From: an uncultured bacterium
Lineage (GTDB): Bacteria; Patescibacteriota; Minisyncoccia; UBA6257; 2-01-FULL-56-20
Assembly: GCA_963705915.1 (NCBI GenBank)
Contig: OY970126.1
Span: 751,893 to 815,892 of the forward strand
Reading direction: 5' to 3'
Length of the DNA: 64,000 bases
Below the pieces are notes generated by a model. It did not search any database, was not told the DNA's origin, and was given only the letters and a program-made list of their open reading frames with translations. A program made the position numbers and the translations under genes. Positions 53,304-62,700 of this stretch are shown here, piece by piece. Numbering within the stretch: the first letter of the stretch is position 1; every line of letters begins with the position of its first letter.

Positions 53304-54287
53304 ATGGATAATGAACGAATTCGTTTTCCCCGCGGTGGACAAAAAAGATTTTTGGATCAGGCAATAGCGCGTGCTTCCGGAGTGGATAAACTCGCGCAAT
53401 TTTTATCGGTTTCATCCCGAACCGTGCGGGATTGGAGACGAGAGAAATTTCTTATGGCTTATGAGGCGGCATCGATAACGGCGTTGATGTACGAACTTGA
53501 GATGCCTGATGGGGTGAGGCGCGAAACGGCTTACTGGAATGTTTCTAACGCTGGCAGAACAGGTGGCCCCGCCTCATATAAGAAGCAAAAAGGAATTATT
53601 GGCGACCCTTTATTGAGAAAGCAGAGATGGCATGAATGGTGGGAGTTAAACAAGCACCGCAGTCATTTTCCATGCCATCAATTGCCTTTCCATGAGCCTG
53701 ACCTATCAGTTCTCTTGGCTGAATTTATAGGTATCATGATGGGGGATGGAGGCATGACTGCCAGACAATTCACAATAAGCCTGCATCATATAGATGATCT
53801 TGCTTACAGTAAATTTGTTACTGCTTTGATTGAGCAGCTTTTTCATATTGCTCCTTCAATTCGCCATATACCAAAAAATTCAGTGAATATAATAGTAGTT
53901 TCTCGAACGAAATTAATGCATTATTTGCATGGACTTGGATTGCCTCTTGGGAATAAAGTAAAACAAAATTTTACTATTCCCCAGTGGATACAAGAGAACG
54001 AAGAATTTATGGCTGGGTGCGTCCGTGGGCTCGTCGATACCGATGGAAGTATTTTCAATCATGAATATGCGTCGAATGGAAAGCAGTATTCATATAAGAA
54101 GCTTTCATTTTCATCCGCATCGCTGCCACTTCGAGAGGTCGTACAACTGTTTCTAGAAAATCATGGTTTTCATGCGCGTTTTACACGAGGTATAGAAATT
54201 CGTCTTGAAAGCAAAAAGGATATGGAACACTATATGAAGTTCATTGGCTCACATAATCCAAAGCACTTGAACAGATATTATAACTAG
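53304..54287 (+). CDS. free-standing double-motif LAGLIDADG homing endonuclease with N-terminal HTH region
   Basis: Two LAGLIDADG motifs (LAEFIGIMMGDGG and MAGCVRGLVDTDGS); 327 aa; lower-GC codon usage. Confidence 0.8.
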   Translation: MDNERIRFPRGGQKRFLDQAIARASGVDKLAQFLSVSSRTVRDWRREKFLMAYEAASITALMYELEMPDGVRRETAYWNVSNAGRTGGPASYKKQKGIIGDPLLRKQRWHEWWELNKHRSHFPCHQLPFHEPDLSVLLAEFIGIMMGDGGMTARQFTISLHHIDDLAYSKFVTALIEQLFHIAPSIRHIPKNSVNIIVVSRTKLMHYLHGLGLPLGNKVKQNFTIPQWIQENEEFMAGCVRGLVDTDGSIFNHEYASNGKQYSYKKLSFSSASLPLREVVQLFLENHGFHARFTRGIEIRLESKKDMEHYMKFIGSHNPKHLNRYYN

Positions 54288-54316
54288 GTTATCTTATGTG
54301 GGATGGTATAAAATTG

Positions 54317-54403
54317 GGAGACGTGGGTGAGTGGCTTAAACCAAATTCCTGCTAAGAATTTAGGGGAGAAATCCCCTCGAAGGTTCGAATCCTTCCGTCT
54401 CCG
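54317..54403 (+). tRNA. tRNA-Ser (anticodon GCU), class II
   Basis: Acceptor GGAGACG/CGTCTCC, anticodon stem AATTC/GAATT with loop CTGCTAA, long variable arm, T-arm GAAGG-TTCGAAT-CCTTC. Confidence 0.85.
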
Positions 54404-54411
54404 CCCGATAT

Positions 54412-54897
54412 TTATGTGCTTGCCAAATACTTCTCAAGCTTATCGAACTGTTGATTGAATCCCATCTCCATGCCCTCTATTGCCATTTTGGCATCGGGTC
54501 CGATTTTATTCACCGTGATTTTTAATGCCATTTTAGTCTTGCCGTTCTCTTCCGTGAAGGCGATGTCTTGCACCTGATCGATCTTGGTAGTTTTCTCCGC
54601 GCCTTCGGTCCAGGCTTTTACGGCATAGGAAAGTTTTGCATGTGGCTCTACCGCGGTGAACGTCCCTTCCATCGGCCACCGTGTACCTTTATATTGGCCC
54701 ATCCCTTCGCCGGCTTCCATGACGATGTAAATTCTTCCGCCCACGCGGAGGTCTACTTCGCACTCCGGGATGCTCACATTGTTCGGTCCCCACCACTTCT
54801 TGAGTTCGGACGGATCTGTCCATGCTTTCCACACGCGCTCCGGCTTGGCGTTTAGGACTCGCGAGAACGTAACTTCTTTTTTGTTTTCTGTAGCCAT
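54412..54897 (-). CDS. SRPBCC-superfamily protein (Aha1/activator-of-Hsp90-ATPase-like)
   Basis: 161 aa; F.RV..A..E.VW.AWTDP..L..WWGP pattern typical of the AHSA1 domain. Confidence 0.7.
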   Translation of the reverse strand: MATENKKEVTFSRVLNAKPERVWKAWTDPSELKKWWGPNNVSIPECEVDLRVGGRIYIVMEAGEGMGQYKGTRWPMEGTFTAVEPHAKLSYAVKAWTEGAEKTTKIDQVQDIAFTEENGKTKMALKITVNKIGPDAKMAIEGMEMGFNQQFDKLEKYLAST

Positions 54898-54907
54898 ATA
54901 TCTTATT

Positions 54908-56200
54908 CTACGCGCTCACGGTGACTTTTGTCACGCTAAAAATGCTTTTCAATGAATAATGGTCCGAGAATGGTATATCATCGCCGTTTTGCACATACGG
55001 GTCGCGCATGATGTAATTGCCCTTGCTTCCCGAAACGAGGACAACATAATGCGTGCCGCCATAAGCGTTCAGACCGACGATTACCGGATTGCCGGTTGCA
55101 AGCGTCGCGTCGATCGCCGAAGTTGTGCGCGTTGCGTTCACGCCGTCAACATTGATCGTCACCAAGAGATACGCAGGGTAGTATGCCGCAAAATTCCCGG
55201 GATTTGAATTGATGGTGACCGGTGTCACATTGCGGTAGCCGTAGTGGGTGAGCACCATCGCCATCGAGGTCACGAGACAGCCGTCGCTTGCGAGCGTATA
55301 TTTTGTGCCGTTCAGCTTGTCGGTGCCCCATGCGGAGTCGCGCTGATTGTAATAACAGCCCCACGCGTCACAGACGGTTTCATTGCCGAGAGCGCCCGAT
55401 CCGCCGGCGTTTTGCGTGAACGCCGAGAAGCTTTGGAGTTGCGCTTCGGCGGCGGCCAATAATTTTTCGTACGTCGATTCTTGGGCGTTCGTCTCGGTGA
55501 GGAGCTGGTTTTTTGATTGTACCGTTGCGGAGAGCGTTTGTTGTTGCGATGTGAGCGACTGTTGTTGGGAGGTTAACGTTGCCTGTTTTTGCTGTGAAGC
55601 AGTTTCGGAACTGCTCAGCGAACTTTCCTGCTCCTTTAATATGTTCATATTGTTCTGTACGGCGTCTTGGATTTGGAGGTTGGCGTTCACATCGCTCCAG
55701 GCGTCCGCAAGGTTATCCGATGAAAGCACTTGCATGAAGAGTGGCTGACCGTCTGATTTCTGGAGGCTCACGAGATACGCGCCAAGCGATGCCTGATCGC
55801 TCGCGATCGTTGCTTGCGTGTTTGTGATTTCGCCGCCGATCTGCTGGATTTGCAATTGCGTCACGTTGATTTGTTTTTCCGTCACGGCGACTTGCGTTTG
55901 GATCTGGCTGCGCTGCAGGTCAAGCGCATTGATGGCGGCTTGTAGCGTCTTTTTATTCGCGCCCACCTGCTGAAGCTCTTGCTGGTACGTTGCGATCTGC
56001 TGATTGAGCGTTGCGATCTGCTGGTTGTTGGCATCAATCTGCGACTGGAGTGAGCTTGAACTGTTCGCGCCTGCGTCAGTTGTGCTGGCGGGAGAGAGTT
56101 GTGCAAATACGTTCGTAACAAAAAGATTCCCCGCAACAATGATCGCGGCGAACGTCAAAATACATAGCGCCACAAAACGAGCCTTTGACATTTTCATCAT
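54908..56200 (-). CDS. secreted coiled-coil protein with C-terminal papain-like (CHAP/C39-like) cysteine peptidase domain, PcsB-like
   Basis: Signal peptide, about 250 aa of Q/L/T-rich coiled coil, C-terminal domain with candidate Cys (DGCLVTSMAM) and His (GGTHYVVLV). Confidence 0.5.
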   Translation of the reverse strand: MMKMSKARFVALCILTFAAIIVAGNLFVTNVFAQLSPASTTDAGANSSSSLQSQIDANNQQIATLNQQIATYQQELQQVGANKKTLQAAINALDLQRSQIQTQVAVTEKQINVTQLQIQQIGGEITNTQATIASDQASLGAYLVSLQKSDGQPLFMQVLSSDNLADAWSDVNANLQIQDAVQNNMNILKEQESSLSSSETASQQKQATLTSQQQSLTSQQQTLSATVQSKNQLLTETNAQESTYEKLLAAAEAQLQSFSAFTQNAGGSGALGNETVCDAWGCYYNQRDSAWGTDKLNGTKYTLASDGCLVTSMAMVLTHYGYRNVTPVTINSNPGNFAAYYPAYLLVTINVDGVNATRTTSAIDATLATGNPVIVGLNAYGGTHYVVLVSGSKGNYIMRDPYVQNGDDIPFSDHYSLKSIFSVTKVTVSA

Positions 56201-56252
56201 TTTATCATAATTTCCGACAAAAATCTTTTTTCAAAAATGGTATAATACTCGG

Positions 56253-57248
56253 ATGACACATAAAGCAACATTTTTTAACTGTGAGCGTTGGGGCGATTCG
56301 GCAAAAGATTATTTGCGGTCGAGCGAGAAATTAAAGGCGGCAGGCGTAGACGTTGGTTTCGAAGATTGCACCGTGACGCCGCAGCAGGTTCCCGCAAATA
56401 AAGACTTCGACATTCTTGGAGTGTTCATGGATTCAACGATCAACGCAGCGACGATCGCATCGCTGCCCGACATAAAGTTTATTACAACACTCTCGACGGG
56501 TTTCGATCATATTGACGTGAAAGCGGCTGCTGCGCGCAGTATTCCGGTTTCGTCCGTTCCGGCGTATGGCGAGAATACCGTTGCAGAATTCGCCTTCGCA
56601 TTACTCCTTTCGCTTTCGAGAAAAATTTGCGAAGCGCGCGACCGCGTGCGTATTGAGAAAAAATTCACAACCGAAGGTCTTACGGGTTTTGATCTCGCCG
56701 GCAAAACGCTTGGCGTCGTGGGCACCGGCCGCATCGGCAAACATGCGGTGCGCATGGGCAAAGGGTTTAATATGAATATCATCGCGTACGATGTGTACCA
56801 CGACGACGCCTTTGCCGCGCAGATGGGATTCCCGTACGTTTCACTCGAAGAGCTGCTCGCCAAGAGCGACGTGATCACGATCCACGCGCCGTATCTTCCA
56901 TCCACCCATCACCTCATCAACGCCTCGAATGTCGGGCTCATCAAAAAAGGCGCGTACCTCATTAACACCGCTCGCGGTGCGATCGTTGAAACACCGGCAT
57001 TGCTCAGCGCTTTGAAGAGCGGACAACTTGGCGGCGCGGGCCTCGACGTGCTCGAAGAAGAAAACGAGATGAAAGGAGGTAATATTGACGTTGAAAAAGA
57101 CCTACTTGCCATGCCGAATGTGATCGTGACGCCGCATAATGCGTTCAACACCAAAGAAGCATTCTTGCGCATCCTCGATACGACGATCGACAACATTGTT
57201 GCCTACGTAAACGGTGCGCCGATCAATGTGGTCAAAGAGGCTGCGTAG
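56253..57248 (+). CDS. D-isomer-specific 2-hydroxyacid dehydrogenase (D-lactate/phosphoglycerate dehydrogenase family)
   Basis: NAD motif GVVGTGRIGKHAV, catalytic R/E/H pattern, 331 aa. Confidence 0.85.
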   Translation: MTHKATFFNCERWGDSAKDYLRSSEKLKAAGVDVGFEDCTVTPQQVPANKDFDILGVFMDSTINAATIASLPDIKFITTLSTGFDHIDVKAAAARSIPVSSVPAYGENTVAEFAFALLLSLSRKICEARDRVRIEKKFTTEGLTGFDLAGKTLGVVGTGRIGKHAVRMGKGFNMNIIAYDVYHDDAFAAQMGFPYVSLEELLAKSDVITIHAPYLPSTHHLINASNVGLIKKGAYLINTARGAIVETPALLSALKSGQLGGAGLDVLEEENEMKGGNIDVEKDLLAMPNVIVTPHNAFNTKEAFLRILDTTIDNIVAYVNGAPINVVKEAA

Positions 57249-57314
57249 GTTTGTTTTAATCGATTTTTAATGATAGAATAGGGGGTATTCGGAATTCATG
57301 AATTTCTCACCCCT

Positions 57315-58832
57315 ATGGCAAACGCGACCACGAAACATTCTTCGGTTCATGCGAGCATAAAACAGCGCCCGCCTATTGTGGTTGTGATGGGGCACGTCGA
57401 CCACGGCAAAACAACGCTCCTCGATTACATCCGCAAAGCGAACATCGCTGCGCGCGAAGCAGGCGGCATCACGCAGGCTGTCGGAGCGTACGAAATTGAA
57501 CATGGCGGTCGCAAGATCACCTTCATCGACACGCCCGGACACGAAGCGTTCACGTCGATGCGTTCGCGCGGCGCGCAGGCTGCCGACCTCGCCATTCTTG
57601 TGGTTGCCGCTGACGAAGGCGTGAAACCGCAAACGCGCGAAGCGATTCGCATCATCGAAGAAACAAAAACGCCCTACATCGTGGCGTTTAATAAGATTGA
57701 TAAGACCAATGGCTCGATTGATAAGGCGCGCAACGATTTGATGACGGCCGGCGTTTTGCTTGAAGGGTTCGGCGGACAGGTGAGCTATCACGGCGTCTCG
57801 GCAAAAACGGGCGACGGGGTGAACGATCTGCTCGATCTCATTTTACTCGCGGCCGACGTGGATGATTTGAAATACGATTCGGCGGCGCCGGCAACGGGTT
57901 ACATTCTCGAAGCACGCCGTGATCCGCGGCGCGGCATTGAGGCGACGGTGATCGTAAAAAACGGGACGTTGCATCGCGGCGATCCGATTGTCACGGCTTC
58001 TGCCCATGGCAAAGTAAAAATTTTGGAAAACTTTTTAGAGAAGCCAGTTTTACAGCTTGAACCGTCGGCACCGGCAGTCATTATTGGTTTTGAATCATTG
58101 CCGAACGTCGGCGAGGAATTCGCGGTGGGCGAATTGGGCGTTGTAGGGAAGGCAGGAGCCACGCCTGCGGCCGGTATTTCCAATGCAAACACATCAAAAA
58201 AAACGAGCGGTCGCCTTGGTGAAGCGAAACCGAACACATTGAATCTGATTTTGAAGTCATCCGACAGCGGTTCGCTCGAAGCGTTGTCTCTTGTTTTGCG
58301 GAGCGTCGATCAGTCCGGCGGCAAGGAAGTGAACCTCGTGGAAGAAGCCGTTGGCGATATCACGGACGGTGACGTGAAGCATGCCCTTGCGACCGGGGCA
58401 ACGATTATCGGTTTTAAGAATAAAGTGGCCGGTGGCGCACGCACGCTTGCTGAAGCGCAGGAGATCACCATCATCACCTCGAACATCGTTTATGATTTGC
58501 AAAAAGCCGTTGAGGAATTTCTTTCGGGAGCCCGAGGGCCCGCGGCCCTCGGAGAATTGGAGGTGCTTGCGGTGTTCAATCAGGAGAAAATGGAAAAACA
58601 ATTGATCGGCGGCCGCGTTGCGGCTGGACTCGTCCGTTCTAAAACATCGTTCGAAGTTCTGCGTCAAGCCGGCCCAGAAGCGCCAAAAGAACCGCTCGGC
58701 AACGGCCGCATCCTCGAACTCCGCGAAAAGAAATCCGAGATCACCCAGGCTGAGAAAGGAAAAGAAATCGGCCTGCTCGTGAACTCGCACGTTTTGATCA
58801 AAGCAGGGGACAAGCTCGTCATCCGAAAATAG
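57315..58832 (+). CDS. infB: translation initiation factor IF-2 (short form, G-domain onward)
   Basis: G1-G4 motifs ([24 protein letters not shown]), IF-2 domains III-IV; only 505 aa. Confidence 0.9.
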   Translation: MANATTKHSSVHASIKQRPPIVVVMGHVDHGKTTLLDYIRKANIAAREAGGITQAVGAYEIEHGGRKITFIDTPGHEAFTSMRSRGAQAADLAILVVAADEGVKPQTREAIRIIEETKTPYIVAFNKIDKTNGSIDKARNDLMTAGVLLEGFGGQVSYHGVSAKTGDGVNDLLDLILLAADVDDLKYDSAAPATGYILEARRDPRRGIEATVIVKNGTLHRGDPIVTASAHGKVKILENFLEKPVLQLEPSAPAVIIGFESLPNVGEEFAVGELGVVGKAGATPAAGISNANTSKKTSGRLGEAKPNTLNLILKSSDSGSLEALSLVLRSVDQSGGKEVNLVEEAVGDITDGDVKHALATGATIIGFKNKVAGGARTLAEAQEITIITSNIVYDLQKAVEEFLSGARGPAALGELEVLAVFNQEKMEKQLIGGRVAAGLVRSKTSFEVLRQAGPEAPKEPLGNGRILELREKKSEITQAEKGKEIGLLVNSHVLIKAGDKLVIRK

Positions 58833-58848
58833 TGAGCGGAGCTTTATC

Positions 58849-59190
58849 ATGAAATTCTATCGGTCTGACCGCGTGAGCAAATTAATACGGGAAGAGCTCG
58901 GGAAGATCATTGTGCGCGAGTTTGAATTCAACGACGCGCTTGCGACGATCACGACCGTCGATGTCGACAAAAAACTCGAACATGCAACAGTGAACGTGAG
59001 CGTGATCCCGGCGTCGGGCGAAGAGCATGTTTTGGCGGTTCTCCAAAAAAGCGCCGGCCACTTGCAGCATATGCTAAACCAAAAGATGAATATCAAGCCG
59101 ATGCCGCGGATCGTTTTTGCGCCCGACCACGGCAATGAGAACGCCGCGAAAGTTGAAAAAATATTAGATCAGGATACTATTCAGGAGTAA
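58849..59190 (+). CDS. rbfA: ribosome-binding factor A
   Basis: 113 aa, KH-like RbfA sequence (R..RV...I..EL..I), immediately after infB. Confidence 0.85.
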   Translation: MKFYRSDRVSKLIREELGKIIVREFEFNDALATITTVDVDKKLEHATVNVSVIPASGEEHVLAVLQKSAGHLQHMLNQKMNIKPMPRIVFAPDHGNENAAKVEKILDQDTIQE

Positions 59191-59206
59191 GCGCTAGTCG
59201 TGGCAC

Positions 59207-59278
59207 GGCCTGGTTGCTAAGTGGTAAAGCGAGGGACTGCAAATCCCTTATACGCGGGTTCGATTCCCGCCCAGGCCT
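59207..59278 (+). tRNA. tRNA-Cys (anticodon GCA)
   Basis: Acceptor GGCCTGG/CCAGGCC, anticodon stem AGGGA/TCCCT with loop CTGCAAA, T-arm GCGGG-TTCGATT-CCCGC, discriminator U. Confidence 0.85.
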
Positions 59279-59347
59279 CAACAGGCAATACCTTTTCCTT
59301 TTTCTAAAAAAGTTTTAGTATAAAAATAGAGTTTTGTGGGAGGTGCT

Positions 59348-59512
59348 ATGACGCCATCAAGCCCCGAAGCGCAAGCGCTCGTGGAAACTTTCGAATGTGG
59401 GTTTTGCATTAAGGAGACAAATCCCACGAAAAGCACGTGCAGTAAAGCGCGTGACCGAACAAGATATTGCAGTGATCTCTGTAAAGAAGCAGCCGAAGCA
59501 CTCCACGACTGA
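59348..59512 (+). CDS. small Cys-rich zinc-ribbon-like protein (54 aa)
   Basis: GGGAGGTG Shine-Dalgarno; CGFC...C...CSDLC; AGCGGCTC/GAGCCGCT hairpin plus T-run at 59513-59545; below the ORF-track cutoff. Confidence 0.4.
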   Translation: MTPSSPEAQALVETFECGFCIKETNPTKSTCSKARDRTRYCSDLCKEAAEALHD

Positions 59513-59596
59513 AGCGGCTCATAACGAGCCGCTTTTTCATTGGAGGGAAATATTTACAGGATATGAATCGGATGGTAGATTATGAAAACGCAGCAA

Positions 59597-59680
59597 GCCC
59601 GGGTGGTGAAATTGGCAGCCACGACAGACTTAAGATCTGTTGCTCGCAAGAGCGTGCCGGTTCGACTCCGGCCCCGGGCA
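59597..59680 (+). tRNA. tRNA-Leu (anticodon UAA), class II
   Basis: Acceptor GCCCGGG/CCCGGGC, anticodon stem ACAGA/TCTGT with loop CTTAAGA, variable-arm hairpin GCTCG..CGAGC, T-arm GCCGG-TTCGACT-CCGGC. Confidence 0.85.
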
Positions 59681-59740
59681 CTCTTATTTCAACCTACGAT
59701 CGCGTAACCGAGTGTTATAATTCAGGATATCCTCTAGCCG

Positions 59741-62700
59741 ATGCATAAAGTTCTTTCTCCCCTCAGCGGAGATGCTAAGAAAGTGTTTGTTGTATTCTTT
59801 TTCGCAACTTTTGTCTCAGGAGTGTTTTATTTTGGTTTATCTACAAGGCAGGTCTTCGCCTCATCGTATGCCTATTACCGTTCTATCACGGTCACCTCGA
59901 CTTCTTCAATCGCCTCAGGAACGCTGACAAATTTTCCGATACTTGTATCGTCGACCTTGTCCTCATGGGAACCCGTGAGCGATGGGGGCAAGATACAGCA
60001 TCTCACGACAGCTCCGAACGGGGGACAAGAACCTGCTGATCTTGTCTTTGCAACATCTTCTGCGAACTGCGGCACAGCGAATCTCAATTTCGAAACGGAG
60101 TCTTATACTTCGAGCACTGGCGCATTGGTAGATTGGGTTAATGTTCCCACGATGGAGATGGGAACGGTCATTTATGCCTGCTATGGCAATACTTCAGTCG
60201 CAACCGATCAGTCTCATCCAAGTTCGACGTGGAATAGCAATTATGCAGCGGTATATCACCTCGGCGACAATCCTCCGACAACCATACACGATAGCACGAG
60301 CCACGGGGATAATCTCGGGGTTGGTGGAGGTTCTACCGCGCAGTTCGCAGGTGAGATAGATGGTGCCATCAATTTTCCGAACGCGAGCCAATATGGTGGT
60401 ATTTACGCAAGTAGTACTCAGGCATCCGGTGGAGGGACGGGGAATTTTACCATTTCCACATGGGTCAACTTCAATGCTTTCTTCTCAGCATACGACGGAT
60501 TAGGTGGGGCCATCTTTGAAGTAGCGTCAGGCACCTATCCTTATTACGAAAAAGCACTCGTTTTGACCGGCACATCTACGCCTCAAATTAGTTTTTATGT
60601 GGTTCCCTCTAGTGGAAGTGGGTTTACGATGAATAGTCCAGCCGCTGTCGCGACCGGCACGTGGTACTACCTCACAGGAACATTAAATGGCACGACGGCT
60701 TCGTTATACGTGAATGGCGTTTTTGCCACATCCACTACTATATCCGGTTCTTTTATGGATTCGCCTATCTGCATGGTTCCCTACAACGTTTGCGGTAGCG
60801 GCAATTATACTCGTTCTGTTGATGCCGCCGTAGATGAAAGTCGTGTTTCAAATATTGCCCTTTCACCCTCATGGATTCTCACGGAATACAACAACCAATC
60901 AAGCCCCTCAACGTTCTATACCATGGGAAATGAAACGATCAACAACGCCGGACCTCCGTCGGTCTCCTGGATTTCCCCCGCTAACAACGCTTCAGTATCT
61001 TCCACGATCACGCTTACCGCATCGTCGACCGACAACACGCTCGTTTCAAGCACTGCCTTCTACGAGGGGACTTATGGTTCAAGTCTTGCTTCGAGCACTC
61101 TTATCGGAGCTACAAGCACCGCGAGCGGAACGCTCTATTCCGTGCCTTGGAACACAGGCTTGGTCGCGAACGGCTCGACGACTCTCTGGGCTCTTGCAAC
61201 CGATATCGCAAACAACACTTCTAGCGCGTCAACCACGGTGAATGTGACGAACACGCTCGCGATTACGAACACCACGGCGACGACCATCACGTACTCAGGC
61301 GCCACGATCACCTGGATGACGAATCTCGCGGCGTCCTCGACGGTAAACTACGGCCTGACCTCTGCCTACGGCTCTTCGACGGGGAGCTCGACTCTCGTCA
61401 CGAATCACTCTATAGCACTCATTGGTTTGGCGGCGTCGACCACCTATCATTATCAAGCTCTTTCGACCACCGGAGGAGGAAGTATAGCGACCTCTACTGA
61501 TGCAACGTTCACGACGGGCATCTCTCCCGGAACGCCGGGCACTCCATCCTTTTCTTCGGTCGGTTCAAGCACGCTCACTGTTTCGTGGACGTCCGCTTCG
61601 TCAACGAATTTCTATAGTATCGATCGCGCTACTTCCAGCCAGATCTATGCGCAAATAGCGACGACCACATTCCTTTCTTATAATGATTCGGGCCTCACGG
61701 GGAACACCCTCTATTTTTATGAGATCACCGGTGTAAATTCGAGCGGTGATGGCCCCGCGAGTGCGAGCTCTAGCGAGCTTACGCTTCCTGCGGCACCCGG
61801 AGCGCCCACCTATACGGATATCGGATCTTCTACCATTACGGTGAATTGGACTGCTCCCGCGGGAGCCGCTGCTTTTTATGAATTGGAAAGAGCTACCTCG
61901 TCAGCCGTTTTCACCCAAATAGGCACGACAACATCTCTTTTCTATGAGGACGCAGGACTCGCCACAGGCACTACGTATCTCTATCGTCTAAGAGCGGCAA
62001 ATGCGACGGGTAGCGGAGATTACAGCGCTTCATCCTCGGTAACGACGGTTTCCGGCGTGGGTCCCTATATGGCCCGCACTGATACCAACGCGCAACCCTA
62101 TCCATCGTCCATTCCTTGTCCGGCTTCATCCGCGCAATCTCAACCCGATGGTTCGATGGGATGCGCGAACGGAGGGGCGTTGTATGGATCAAATTACTAT
62201 TTCACCCCGTCCGATTTTCCTACGACGCCGATCTTGCGGGTCACGGACGTCAGTACGCCGACTACAAACAGCGGAAAGAGTTTTTTTACCGATTGCGGCG
62301 GTTCGGCAGAGACCAACATCATGGATTCATCCGACAATATTTTCTATATTTGCGATAGCGGTTCCGCGATTCGGATCATGACATTCAATTCGAGCACGCC
62401 AAGCGTTTCGCTCCGTTACAATTCATACATATTGCCCGATTGCGGCAGCGGCACCGGCAACATAGGGAATCTGTTTTTCAGTTTCACGCGTCCTCTCATA
62501 GGATATGCATCCTGTTTCAATAGCAGCGGCGATCCCATAATCGCGCAATTGAATTTTACGAGTACGAGTACCGGCCCAACGGTTGCGAATGGCGGAATCA
62601 CCACGGTCGTCGATTTGTCCAACTGCGTAGGCGCTCTCGCCGGAGTTGGGCCATCTGCATATCTCGACGATGTAAGCGTGAGTGCCGACGATCAAACGTT

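Noticed and set aside
54412-56200. Possible prophage lysis cassette (CHAP-domain protein next to a tRNA)
   Set aside because: No holin, capsid, terminase or integrase genes are present. The coiled-coil plus CHAP architecture matches chromosomal PcsB-type cell-division hydrolases.
57267-57791. 174-aa minus-strand ORF antisense to infB
   Set aside because: It is antisense to a highly conserved IF-2 G-domain. His/Arg-rich composition is typical of a spurious frame.
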